A DNA stretch of 64,000 nt from Pelagomonas calceolata (Eukaryota). Made by a program: the position numbers and the translations under genes. Position 1 is the stretch's first letter. Each line of letters starts with the position of its first letter. Shown here one piece after another: positions 42,026 through 52,019 of the stretch. Location of the stretch: contig CAKKNE010000001.1 of NCBI GenBank assembly GCA_918797485.1, forward strand, positions 1,116,001 through 1,180,000, read 5' to 3'. The notes under the pieces were generated by a model, which worked only from the letters and a program-made list of their open reading frames with translations, was not told the DNA's origin and did no database searches.

Positions 42026-42931
42026 ATGTACAAGCTCCTGCTCGTCCTCGCTTCGGCCCAGGCGCTCAAGCGCCCGCAGCGCGCGCTGGCCGTGCGCGGT
42101 GGTGAGGTCGACCCCATCACGATTGGCAAGGGCATCGTCGCGGCGTCGGGCATCTACGGCGCGTTCGATCCCGCGGCAAACGCCGGTCTGTACGGGATCA
42201 AGGCGGAGGACAAGGGCAACGCCATGATGCGTTTGATGGGCTGGTCGCAGATCCTCTTCGCGGCCGCGCTCAACCTCGACATGGACAGCGTGGTTCGGCG
42301 TCGCTCTGGGTGCCTTCTTCCTGCGTCGTCTCGGCGCCGTCGCGGCGATGGCGTCACGCGCTGCACGCCGTCGCCGCGATTGCGTCGACGGCGTCGCGGC
42401 GATGGCGTCATGTCGTATGCCATATCACCATTCTATCGCATAGGCGTCCACGGCCAAATGGCTTACCACTCGATCGCGTTCCTCCTCGTCGCGCAGCCGT
42501 CCTTCGAGAAGTTCCAGTGCCCGAAGGCGCCCGACGCCGTCTGGATGGCGATCTGTGCGGCTGTTGGCTACAAGACCCTCGACGGGTCTCTCAACAAATG
42601 GGTCCCGACGGCCATCTGGCTCGCGAACGGCGCGCAGTTCTTCCTCGCTCCCCAGAGTGCGATCGACCTCTACGAGATGAAGGGCACGAACCGGTTGTGC
42701 AAGGCGATGACGAGCATGATGGGCGGACAGATGCTTTGCGTGGGGACGTACCTCGCGGCGCTCGTCATGGACAAGAGCCAGTCGGAGGCGTTCGCCTACG
42801 CCATGGCCGTCAATGGTTTGGCCGCGGTCAAGTTCGCTCTGCAGGACGCTGATGACCTCAAGGCCCCGAAGAGCGGCCCGCTCGCGTGGGCCGCCCTGTC
42901 GGCGGGCCTCGCCTACAAGGCGCTCAACTAG
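42026..42931 (+). CDS. RGG-leader multipass membrane protein, paralog 2; in-frame intron 42288-42443
   Basis: Removing the 156-nt GC-AG intron gives 249 aa, the same length as paralog 3. Confidence 0.85.
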   Translation: MYKLLLVLASAQALKRPQRALAVRGGEVDPITIGKGIVAASGIYGAFDPAANAGLYGIKAEDKGNAMMRLMGWSQILFAAALNLDMDSVVRRRSGCLLPASSRRRRGDGVTRCTPSPRLRRRRRGDGVMSYAISPFYRIGVHGQMAYHSIAFLLVAQPSFEKFQCPKAPDAVWMAICAAVGYKTLDGSLNKWVPTAIWLANGAQFFLAPQSAIDLYEMKGTNRLCKAMTSMMGGQMLCVGTYLAALVMDKSQSEAFAYAMAVNGLAAVKFALQDADDLKAPKSGPLAWAALSAGLAYKALN

Positions 42932-43267
42932 ACTCGTACTAGAAAGTGACTAGATTCACACAAGTAGATAGACTTCGCGGGAGGGGAGGTTTCTAGCGCC
43001 TCTCTCACAAGCTAACTCCCAAAAACAGAACCAAGATCGCCGCCGCGCTGCACGCGCCCCGCGTCCGCCAACGCCGCGTGCTGATGCGCGCGGCACCATC
43101 GAGGCTCTGCAAAAATGCCGGACGCCCGCGCGCGCGCGCGTCGGCCGTGCGTGCTGCGCATCGTTCCGGCTGCCCCACTGTCTGGATGCAAAGAATGTGG
43201 TCGCGGAGGCGAGGCGAGAGCCTGCACGCCATCGCCGCGACGCGACGTGACCCGCAGGTCAATAATC

Positions 43268-44017
43268 ATGTACAAACTCCTTCTTGTTCTCGCTTCGGCC
43301 CAGGCGCTCAAGCGCCCGCAGCGCGCGCTGGCCGTGCGTGGCGGCGAGATCGACCCCATCACGGTCGGCAAGGGCGTCGTGCTCGCCTCGGGTCTCTATG
43401 GCGCGTTCGACCCGAAGGGGAATCTCGACAAGTACGGTATTAAGGCCGAGGCCAAGGGCCAGGCGGCGGGGCGCTGCACGGCCTGGATGCAGATCATGTT
43501 CGCGGCCGCGCTCAACCTCGACCCGGAGTCCGTGCACGCGCAAATGATGTACCATATGCTCGCGGTGATGGTCATCACAGAACCTATGTCTGAGGTTTTC
43601 GGGGCCCCGAAGGCTCCGAGCGTCATCTGGATGGCTATTCTGGGCGCGGTCGGGTACAAGACCCTCGACGGGTCCCTCAACAAATGGGTCGCCACGGCCA
43701 TCTTCCTCGCAAACGGTGCGCAGGCCTTCCTCGCGCCTGATTCCATCTGCGACATGTATGGAATTAAGGGCGCCAACAAGATTGTCAAGGCGATGTTCAG
43801 TCTCATGGGCGGCCAGATGCTCTGCACCGGCACCTACCTCGGGGCGCTTCTCATGGACAAGAGCCAGTCGGAGGCGTTCGCCTACGCCATGGCCGTCAAC
43901 GGCGCCGCCGCCGCGAAATACGCCCTCACGGACGCGGACGACCTCAACGCCCCGAAGACCGGTGCGCTCGCCTGGGCCGCTATCTCGGCGGGCCTCGCCT
44001 ACAAGGCGCTCAACTAG
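43268..44017 (+). CDS. RGG-leader multipass membrane protein, paralog 3
   Basis: 249 aa with no coding intron; same leader; ends AGLAYKALN. Confidence 0.88.
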   Translation: MYKLLLVLASAQALKRPQRALAVRGGEIDPITVGKGVVLASGLYGAFDPKGNLDKYGIKAEAKGQAAGRCTAWMQIMFAAALNLDPESVHAQMMYHMLAVMVITEPMSEVFGAPKAPSVIWMAILGAVGYKTLDGSLNKWVATAIFLANGAQAFLAPDSICDMYGIKGANKIVKAMFSLMGGQMLCTGTYLGALLMDKSQSEAFAYAMAVNGAAAAKYALTDADDLNAPKTGALAWAAISAGLAYKALN

Positions 44018-44105
44018 ACCCGTACTAGTAGAAGTAACTTAACTAACAAGTAGTTGACTTGTGGGCGGGGGAAGTGCCGCCGCGGCGGCGACTCGGGAAA
44101 GGAGC

Positions 44106-44873
44106 TCACTTGAGGCAGGCGTACGCGATGCCGGCGGAGATCACCGCCCACACGCCCGGGCCCGCCTTCGGGACCTTGAGGTCGTCGGCCTCGGTGATGC
44201 AAAACTTCGCAGCCAGGGCGGCGCCGACGGCCCACGAGATCCCAAAGGCCTCGGCCTGCGACTTGCCCTTTGTGAGGGCGATGAGGTAGGCGGCGCCCAT
44301 GAGCATCGACTGGCCGGAAACGCCCATCATCGCCTTGCCGAGCGCCGACTGCTTGTTGCAGCCGTACATCTCGAGGCACTGGTCCCGCATGAAGTGCTGC
44401 TGAATGCCGTTCAAGGTCCACACGGCGACGAGGGGCCAGGGCGAGAGGTCGTCCCGCAGTGTCTTGTAGCCGAGCGCCGCACAGATAGCTGTCCACACGT
44501 ACGTCGACGCCTTCGGGCCGCCCATGACGTCGCTCACGCGCGACTGCGCGAGGAGGGTCCACGCGGCGATGTAGCCCGAGAGGCCCACGGCCTTCTCCGC
44601 GTCGGCGGCGTAGATCGCCGCGAGCGCGACCTGCCAGCCGCCGGCCCAGGCCATCATGTTCACGGCCGAGGCGTCGGGCTTGGAGACGCCGTACTTGTCG
44701 AGGTTGCCGGCGGGGTCGATGACGGTGTAGGCGCCCGCGACGCCCATGAGGCCCGTGCCGACCTGGATCGCCGTGTCAGCGTTGAGACCGAGCTCGCCGC
44801 CGCGCACCGATAGCGCGCGCTGCGGGCGCTTGAGCGCAGCCGCCGAGGCGAGGACGAGGAGGACCTTGTACAT
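44106..44873 (-). CDS. RGG-leader multipass membrane protein, paralog 4
   Basis: MYKVLLVLASAAALKRPQRALSVRGGE; KSQAEAF, ADDLKVPKAG. Confidence 0.88.
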   Translation of the reverse strand: MYKVLLVLASAAALKRPQRALSVRGGELGLNADTAIQVGTGLMGVAGAYTVIDPAGNLDKYGVSKPDASAVNMMAWAGGWQVALAAIYAADAEKAVGLSGYIAAWTLLAQSRVSDVMGGPKASTYVWTAICAALGYKTLRDDLSPWPLVAVWTLNGIQQHFMRDQCLEMYGCNKQSALGKAMMGVSGQSMLMGAAYLIALTKGKSQAEAFGISWAVGAALAAKFCITEADDLKVPKAGPGVWAVISAGIAYACLK

Positions 44874-45312
44874 GATTATTGACCTGCGGGTCACATCGCG
44901 TCACGGTCATGGCGCGGATTGCGGATCACATCGCGGCGATGGCGTGGAGGCATCTGTTTAGCCGCCAGCTGCCATCAGCGCTCAGGGGGCAGCTGTTTAG
45001 CCGCCAGCTGCCAGAGCACCCAGAGCAAAATCAATCGACCAGGGAGACAGGTCAGAAGTGACGCATGCGAGCGCAGGGGCAGCTTTTCGGAGACGACGCG
45101 GGGCACGCGCGCCGAGTCTGTGAGATTCTGCCCGGCGGAGACCGCGAGATCGGGCGGGGTTTACGAGCGCGAGACCATGTGTCTACGCATCCAAAAAATA
45201 CGTAGTTAGATTCACAAGCGGATGGACTTGTGGGCGAGATAGACTTGTGGGCGGGGGAAAGTGCCAAGTCGCGTCGGGACTTGCCATCTAGACTTGCCAG
45301 TGGGAGAACGGC

Positions 45313-46086
45313 TCACTCCTTGAGGCAGGAGTACGCGACGGCGGCGGAGACGACAGCCCAGCCGAGGACGCCCGACTTCGGGCAGTTGAGGCCGTCGGCC
45401 TCCGTGAACGCCCACTTGAGCGCCAGGCCGCCGCCGAGGATCCATGCGTAGGCGAAGGCCTCGGCCTGCGACTTGCCCTGCGTGAGCGCGCCGAGGTAGA
45501 CGGCGCTCATGAGCATGGAGTTGCCCGCGACGCCCATCATCGACTTGCCGAGCGCCGACTGCTTCTTGCAGCCGTACATCTCGAGGGTCTTGTCCTGCAT
45601 GAAGTGCTGCTGGAGGCCGTTCATGCCGTAGACAGCAATAAGGGCCCACGGGGACACGTCGCCCGAGAGCGTCTTGTAGCCGAGCGCAGTGCAGATCGCG
45701 ATCCAGGCGTACTGCGACGCCTTCGGGCAGCCCATGACCTCGCGCACCGGCTCCAGCGCGACGATGTTGGCGGCGGCGACGTAGCCCGAGAGGCCCACGG
45801 CCTTCTCGGGATCCGCGGCGAAGATGGCGGCGAGCACGCACTGCCAGGCCGAGGACCAGCGCGCCATGTTGACGCCCGAGGCGTCGGCCTTCGTAAGGCC
45901 GTATTTCTCGAGATTGCCCGCCGGGTCCATGAAACCGTAGAGCCCGCTGAGGGCCGTGAGGCCCGTGCCCACGCTGATCGCCGTGTCGGCGTTGAGCCCG
46001 AGCTCGCCGCCGCGCACCTTGAGCGCGGCATGCGACGGGCGCTTGAGCGCGGCGGCCGAGGCGAGGACGAGGAGGACTTTGTACAT
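45313..46086 (-). CDS. RGG-leader multipass membrane protein, paralog 5
   Basis: MYKVLLVLASAAALKRPSHAALKVRGGE; closest to paralog 4. Confidence 0.88.
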   Translation of the reverse strand: MYKVLLVLASAAALKRPSHAALKVRGGELGLNADTAISVGTGLTALSGLYGFMDPAGNLEKYGLTKADASGVNMARWSSAWQCVLAAIFAADPEKAVGLSGYVAAANIVALEPVREVMGCPKASQYAWIAICTALGYKTLSGDVSPWALIAVYGMNGLQQHFMQDKTLEMYGCKKQSALGKSMMGVAGNSMLMSAVYLGALTQGKSQAEAFAYAWILGGGLALKWAFTEADGLNCPKSGVLGWAVVSAAVAYSCLKE

Positions 46087-46606
46087 GGTTTTATTGCCTG
46101 CGCGGCGACGGCGTGGGGGTGGGGCCAGCTGTTCCGTTAATTTTGCCAAGGGCCCGGCACGCGCAGCAAAATCAATTGGCGAGGGGCGAGATACAGGTCA
46201 GGAGAGACGCGCGCGTTGGTGGGGGCAGCTTTTCGGGCGCCGCGCGGCACGTTAATGCGATTCTTCTGAGCGGCGAGGCGCGAGATCCCCGCGGGATTTC
46301 GGTCACGCGATGGCCGCAGAGCCGTCTGTGGCGCTCCGTTGTGGCCCCTGCGACACCTCTGTGCCGATTCGCGCAGTAAAAGGCGCGGTGCTAGTGTGTC
46401 TGATGCATTAGATAGTGGTTTGGGCCTCTCTTGATTGTCGGGGGATATTTGCATGCTATCCAGCGGTAGTGACTCACAGAGCCTGTCAAAGACTCGCTCG
46501 CACTCCTGCGCTGCCCTGATTTCGCGCGCGGTGCATATAACCTCCAGCACGCAAAGCAGCACACTGCTGGCCGCCGCGCGCGCGGCTGTCCAGCAACGCA
46601 TCGATC

Positions 46607-48319
46607 ATGGCGAACGTCCTGCAAATCGCCGACGCCCTCTACGCCGAGGACAGGGACGCGAAGACGCTCGCGCAGCGCGTCGCTTCGAAACTTGAGAGAG
46701 ACGGCGTGACAAACCTGCCTCTCTTGACGCAAGAAAACTACGCCACCGGGCGCACGCCGCCCGGCTCCCTTGTTAGATATGTGGGCATGGTCCAGGACAT
46801 GGGCAACCCCGAGTTCTACGCGCCCTCGGTAAGTGTAAACGGCACGGACGTTTGTGTGGCTTTTCGGGATGAATTGCCTGCGGGCGCGGACCCGTCCGAC
46901 GCGACCCTAGCCGATAGAAAACCCTTCTTCTGCGTGGCGCCGCCGGGGCTCACGGACTGGGCCTCGCCACGAAGTGAAGTGCCGCCGCCTCCTCCATCAA
47001 CGTCGCAAGCGACGAAGCGGCAGAGAGAAGAAAGCGACGAGCAGCCCGCTCAGAAACAACCTTGTGGAGGCAACGCCTTCGCCTACTCTTCGACATCGGC
47101 AGCCAAAGCCGTCTCCACGCCGCCCGGCGTTTTGGTACGAGTCTACGGCGACGACGGGCCCCGGCTCAACGAACTCGTAGAAATCGTCGGCGTCGTCGGC
47201 GGAGGTTTGACGACGACGGGCCTCGAAGTTACGGAAGAGGACGACGCCTTCGACCGGCAGCGGTTGGAAGATGAACAGGCCTGGGACCCCCCTACTTCCA
47301 AAGTCGCTAGATTACACGCGCTGTCGTGGCGTAGATTGGACCCGTCTCATCCCGTGCCGCCCGGCGCTCTCGATAAGGCGACGGCGGACTCTATCCGGAT
47401 TGCGTTGCTGGAGAGGTTATCAATGGCGTTGGATGGCGACGCCATAGGCGCGGAGTACGCCCTGTGTGCTCTACTTGCGAGTGTGGACAAACGCAAGGAT
47501 GGACGCGCGGTGGGCGCATTATCCCTGGGCCTGTTCTGTGAGGCTGCGCATGTCGACCGCGTCGCTCAAAACCTGGCAAGGGTCTTCGGCGAGGTGCTCC
47601 CTCGCGTCGTTTCTGTAAAAACGTCGACGGCGTCCGCTCCCTTACGTTCTCCTGGTTCGGAGCGACTGGCCATGTCCTCGCTCCAGATCTGCGACGGCTC
47701 CGCGTTGATTACTGTGGTCGACGGTCAGGCCCCGGCCTCGCCGGCCGCGGCCGCGGCTACTTCTGCATTGAGACAGCTCTATGGCTCGGCAAAGCAAATC
47801 CCGTTCAATTTCGGCTTCTCGGAGGTCAAGGTGCCCTGCGACGTCGTCTCCGTGCGCATTGGAGTTACCGACGGTTCGATCGAGTGCGACGTTGATTTAC
47901 CACTGAAGCTATCGCAACAATCATCGCTACCCGATGTGTCGGCGAGCACGCTGGCGATCATGCGGCAGTACGTCGCGGCAGCTCGACGCGTCATCGTCGA
48001 TATTGATGAAGAGGGCGCCTCTGGCTTGGAAGATCAGTTCGTGGCTGCTAGAGCCACTGGGCGCTTACCGTCCAGAGACGCGGAAGGCCGATTACACCAG
48101 TGGGTCTCCGTGTCGAAATTGAAAGCGAGAGCTCTTGGCTCCGTGCATATGAACCCGCCACACTACAATGAAGCGTTTGACTTGGAGGAAGAAAGGGCGA
48201 ATCGTTTGAAGGAACGGACGAAACTGATGCGCACCATGGCGCCGCCGCCGCCCCGATCCGTGCAGCACGGTTTTCGATCCGGGTTCCTGAGCGCGAAGGA
48301 GGTGGGGTTAGCTGATTAA
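46607..48319 (+). CDS. MCMBP: Mini-chromosome maintenance complex-binding protein
   Basis: SLVRYVGMVQDMGNPEFY, LVRVY..RLNELVEIVGV, PPTSKVARLH, LDGDAIGAEYAL. Confidence 0.85.
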   Translation: MANVLQIADALYAEDRDAKTLAQRVASKLERDGVTNLPLLTQENYATGRTPPGSLVRYVGMVQDMGNPEFYAPSVSVNGTDVCVAFRDELPAGADPSDATLADRKPFFCVAPPGLTDWASPRSEVPPPPPSTSQATKRQREESDEQPAQKQPCGGNAFAYSSTSAAKAVSTPPGVLVRVYGDDGPRLNELVEIVGVVGGGLTTTGLEVTEEDDAFDRQRLEDEQAWDPPTSKVARLHALSWRRLDPSHPVPPGALDKATADSIRIALLERLSMALDGDAIGAEYALCALLASVDKRKDGRAVGALSLGLFCEAAHVDRVAQNLARVFGEVLPRVVSVKTSTASAPLRSPGSERLAMSSLQICDGSALITVVDGQAPASPAAAAATSALRQLYGSAKQIPFNFGFSEVKVPCDVVSVRIGVTDGSIECDVDLPLKLSQQSSLPDVSASTLAIMRQYVAAARRVIVDIDEEGASGLEDQFVAARATGRLPSRDAEGRLHQWVSVSKLKARALGSVHMNPPHYNEAFDLEEERANRLKERTKLMRTMAPPPPRSVQHGFRSGFLSAKEVGLAD

Positions 48320-48334
48320 GTCGTTGGTCTTAGC

Positions 48335-49666
48335 TCACGAAGCGTCGTCCGCGGCCTGGTTGCCGGGCACTGCGTCCGTCACCGGGATACCTCCCGGGCC
48401 GTCGGCGGGCGCCGCGCGCCGCCGGGTGTATGTGTCCCAAGCGGCCCGGTTGCCGCGGATAGCTCGCGCCGCTGCGCGGCCGGCGCGGGCGTTCTGGTAC
48501 AAAGTTGCCTCGTCCCTCGCGTCGATGACGTAGGCCGGGTCGAGGGGTGCCGTCGGCGTCACCCGCCTCCTGATCGCGTCGAGGACGGATCCGCGGCGCT
48601 GCGCGGCTTCGGCTGGCGTCTGGTACGTGTCCGGTCGCCGCTGGCGGAGGTTGCGTCGGTCGTTTTCCGCGACGAGTAACGTTACGCCGTCTTCGACGCC
48701 GGCCGCTGTTGGCGTCCACTCGCGGTTCAGCGCCCGCCCTTCCGAGTCGATGAGCCGCAGGCGCGCCGCCTCGTCGACGCCACCCAACAAGTCCCCGAGC
48801 GGCGCGTCGCCATTAATAGAGACGACGCGCGACGCGCCAAAAACACTTTCAACCCAGGGGCCCGAGGGCACGAGCGTGACCTGCCGCGTGCCGGCCGCCG
48901 CCGCCAGGGCGCGCTGCGCCGCCGCGTCGGCGGCGAGCGCCTCCGCGCTAGAGCTCGCCGCAATCATCGGATCGGCGAGCGCTTTTTCCAGAGCCGCCGC
49001 GGCCTCGGTGTGGCGTCCGAACGTCGCCAGCGCGAGGCCGAAATATCGATAAGCGGAGCCGGACGCCGCCTTTTGTAAAGCGGCGCGGGCCTCGTCGAGC
49101 GCCCGGGCCGCGGGCAAGCGCACCCTCGGGTCGCGGCCGCGCACGGCGAGGCGTGCCCCCGCCGCCGTCGCGAGCAGCTCCGAGCACGTTTCATCAGAAG
49201 CGAGCGCGAGGTAGAACGGCGGCGGGAGTTGATCCGAGGGGCCGGTCCCGGTCTCACGCGACGGAGGCGACCCGAGCCCGCGCGGCGGCAGCGCGCCCGC
49301 GAGCGACGCCAATCCACTAATCGCCGCGACGTAGTCGCCCATCTGTAAATTCGCCGCAGCGCGCGCCACCGCAACAGAAGCAAAGTCCTCGTAGAAGGCC
49401 TTGCCCGTCGCGCGCGCGGCGCGCCAGGCCCTTCCGGTAGCGTGCAGCTTGAGGTCCCAGAGCGGGCTCGACTCGACGCGGTCGTCGCACAGCGTCTCCG
49501 AAGTATCATTCATCGTGTCGCGGAGGACGCGCCGGCCCCTCCCATCGTACGTGCGCCGCCCGGGGACGACGAAGTCAAACACTATAAATTGCACGGATCC
49601 CGGGAGCGCGGCGCCCCACGGATTGAAACAAGCGGTGGGCGGCGCTTCGGATGCATCTGCTGCCAT
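48335..49666 (-). CDS. Hypothetical protein with TPR-like helices and a possible ubiquitin-like segment
   Basis: AYRYFGLALATFGRHTEAAAALEKAL; RLRLIDSEGRALNREWTPTAAGVEDGVTLLV. Confidence 0.55.
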   Translation of the reverse strand: MAADASEAPPTACFNPWGAALPGSVQFIVFDFVVPGRRTYDGRGRRVLRDTMNDTSETLCDDRVESSPLWDLKLHATGRAWRAARATGKAFYEDFASVAVARAAANLQMGDYVAAISGLASLAGALPPRGLGSPPSRETGTGPSDQLPPPFYLALASDETCSELLATAAGARLAVRGRDPRVRLPAARALDEARAALQKAASGSAYRYFGLALATFGRHTEAAAALEKALADPMIAASSSAEALAADAAAQRALAAAAGTRQVTLVPSGPWVESVFGASRVVSINGDAPLGDLLGGVDEAARLRLIDSEGRALNREWTPTAAGVEDGVTLLVAENDRRNLRQRRPDTYQTPAEAAQRRGSVLDAIRRRVTPTAPLDPAYVIDARDEATLYQNARAGRAAARAIRGNRAAWDTYTRRRAAPADGPGGIPVTDAVPGNQAADDAS

Positions 49667-49734
49667 TTTTTAGAGCCGTGAGACGAGAACACGCACGACA
49701 GCGGGAGCTGAGCTCGAGAATTTTGCGCAGTTAG

Positions 49735-49790
49735 CTAACGTATAGTAAGACTCTAGCAAGTGATTTGCTAGTGTCTTACAGGGACGCTAG
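49735..49790. promoter_or_regulatory. Inverted pair of CTAG motif copies
   Basis: Reverse copy 49735-49756 and forward copy 49768-49790; gtaagactctagcaa-N5-ttgctagtgtcttac is a 14/15 inverted repeat in a divergent promoter. Confidence 0.65.
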
Positions 49791-50004
49791 CTCCGATTTT
49801 TTGCGCCAGCCCCAAAAACGCGCTGCCGGGCCTCTAACGAGCCTCAGACGCGCAGGGCGAAGCGCTACCGAGGCACCCGAAAAGATAGAGCACCAGCCCT
49901 TCTTGCCAAAGCGCGTCGACGCTCGTACCAGGGCCGAAGCCGACACGTCGTCCGACCCAGCGGGACGCGCAGCGATTGCGTCCGAACCAAGACGCCGCAG
50001 GCCG

Positions 50005-51996
50005 ATGGCCGCCGCGCCGCCCCCCACGGACGAGGCGCGCGGCGCCGAAACAACAACACCGCCGGCCCTCGACCCGAACTCTCCCGAGGCGCAGTCGGCC
50101 GAGCTCTTGAACGCGGTCGTCGGCCAGATCTTCTCGACGCGGCGGCCGCGCGACGTCTGCGCCGGCGCCGCGTCGGCCTTCAAGAGCGTGGCCAAGGGCT
50201 TTGCGTTAGGAGTGGCTACGTTGATCGCGGCGCCGGCCGCCGCGGCGTACAACCAACCCCCCGAAGAGGAGCAGCAGCCGCAACCACAACAGACGCAACT
50301 ACAGAGACTAGGAACGATGGCCGGGGCCGTCGGCGCGGGCATCGCCGGTGCCGTGTTGTTACCGCTCGCGGGCGCCGTCGTCGGCTTCGTGCAAGTCGTG
50401 CGAGGCGCCTGGAACACGCCTTCAGCAGTATACCACTGCGTGACGGGCGACCAGGTCTGGGACGCCGAGGAGCGAGAGTGGAAGGACAAGGAGCGCTACG
50501 TTCTGGCCGAGGAGGCCGCGAGGGTCCGCGCCGAGGCCGAGGCCGAAGGTGTGGACGTGCCCGCGGCGCTGCTGATGAGTGGCTCGTCCACTACGTCTAC
50601 GAGCTCGACACCAGCAAGGCGACCGTCGCGCAAGGTCGCTTCATTAGAATACTACGACTTGCTGCAGATCGAGCCGAATGCCAACGAGGCGCAGATAAAA
50701 AAAGCGTACTATCGGCAGGCGCGGAACTGCCACCCGGATAAATGTGGGGACGACCCCGACGCGGCCGCTGCGTTTCAGAAATTGAGTCATGCCTATCGAG
50801 TGCTGTCTGATGTACAGCTCCGGGCCGCGTACGACCGCGACGGCGCCGACGCGACGCAAGACGTCGGCTTCGAATACGACCCCGCCGTCTTCTTCGGGGC
50901 GCTGTTCGGCTCGCAGCGCTTCGAGCCCTTCGTCGGGGAGTTAGCATTGGCGCAGATCTCGGCGACACTCACGAAACGAGGAGGGGCTGCTGATGCGGCA
51001 GCTAGAGCGATGCGCCAGAACCGCCAGTCGCAGCAGGTCGACGACGAAATGTCGAAAGCTATTGGTTTAGGGCTCAAAGAAGTGAGGTCCCATGGGGACG
51101 TGAAGCAGCGAGGCCGGGAAGTGGCCCTCGCGACGACGCTCGCCGCTTCGATACAGTCTTTCGTGGATGGGGACGAAGCTTCATTTTCTGCTTGGTGCGT
51201 GAACGAGGCCCACGATTTGGCCGTTGCCGATCATGAGGGCTTGACGCGGGGCGCTTTGGTGCTGGCCTTAGCGCGCGGCTACTCGTGTGGAGCGGACGAG
51301 TGGCTCGGTTCTGTCGATACGCCTTTAGGATTGGGGTCCATACTCCCAGCGGCCAAACTCGACGCCTTCAAGAACATGGCCTACGCGTCGGCGGCGCGCG
51401 CCGGTGCGAGTGGTTTATATGCAGCAAAGCAGCTGGCGGACGCGTCCGAGAAGGCCCAGAAACGGTCTCAGCAGTCGGAGCCGGAGCCGGCATCTCGCGA
51501 GGACTTGCTGGAGCTGTCCATCTCTCAACTCAAAAAGCTCGCGCGCGAGAATGATGTAGATGTTTCGATGTGCTTGGAGAAGGCGCATATTGTGGACGCG
51601 CTGGTCCTCGTGAAAGTGCCCTTGCCCGCGGACCACCCGAAGCGCATCGCGAATACACCGAAATCACCGGAGGAGGAGATGAAGGCGAAGATGCCCGTGT
51701 TTTTGGACGCCATGCTTCGGGTTTCATTGGTGGACGTGTACGAGACGCTGCGGAAGGTCGTGCATCGGGTTTTGGCGGATGAAAGTGTTGATATGGATGC
51801 GAGACGGCGGCGCGCGGCTGCTTTAAAGTTGTTCGCGGACGCCCTGCACGCGGCTTCATCGGAGGTCTCTTCGGACATAGCTACGGATGTCGAGCCCGAG
51901 AAGCGCTTCGAGCACGCGATGAACGTGACGATGGCGGCGGCCATGGGCCAGGAGATGAGCGAGGGGCACGGTGATTCTATGCCCCCGACGGTGTAA
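50005..51996 (+). CDS. DnaJ protein with X-domain (Djp1/Caj1/ATJ10-like)
   Basis: YYDLL..IKKAYY..CHPDK..FQKLSHAYRVLSD..YD; FFGALFGSQRFEPFVGEL; DVYETLRKVVHRVLAD. Confidence 0.9.
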   Translation: MAAAPPPTDEARGAETTTPPALDPNSPEAQSAELLNAVVGQIFSTRRPRDVCAGAASAFKSVAKGFALGVATLIAAPAAAAYNQPPEEEQQPQPQQTQLQRLGTMAGAVGAGIAGAVLLPLAGAVVGFVQVVRGAWNTPSAVYHCVTGDQVWDAEEREWKDKERYVLAEEAARVRAEAEAEGVDVPAALLMSGSSTTSTSSTPARRPSRKVASLEYYDLLQIEPNANEAQIKKAYYRQARNCHPDKCGDDPDAAAAFQKLSHAYRVLSDVQLRAAYDRDGADATQDVGFEYDPAVFFGALFGSQRFEPFVGELALAQISATLTKRGGAADAAARAMRQNRQSQQVDDEMSKAIGLGLKEVRSHGDVKQRGREVALATTLAASIQSFVDGDEASFSAWCVNEAHDLAVADHEGLTRGALVLALARGYSCGADEWLGSVDTPLGLGSILPAAKLDAFKNMAYASAARAGASGLYAAKQLADASEKAQKRSQQSEPEPASREDLLELSISQLKKLARENDVDVSMCLEKAHIVDALVLVKVPLPADHPKRIANTPKSPEEEMKAKMPVFLDAMLRVSLVDVYETLRKVVHRVLADESVDMDARRRRAAALKLFADALHAASSEVSSDIATDVEPEKRFEHAMNVTMAAAMGQEMSEGHGDSMPPTV

Positions 51997-52019
51997 ATTT
52001 ACTTCTTGCAAGCTTAGCC

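Noticed and set aside
44951..45300. Short direct repeats (ctgtttagccgccagctgcca x2; gacttgtgggcg) between paralogs
   Set aside because: These are local duplications and shared 3'UTR sequence of paralogs 4 and 5; no element ends were found.
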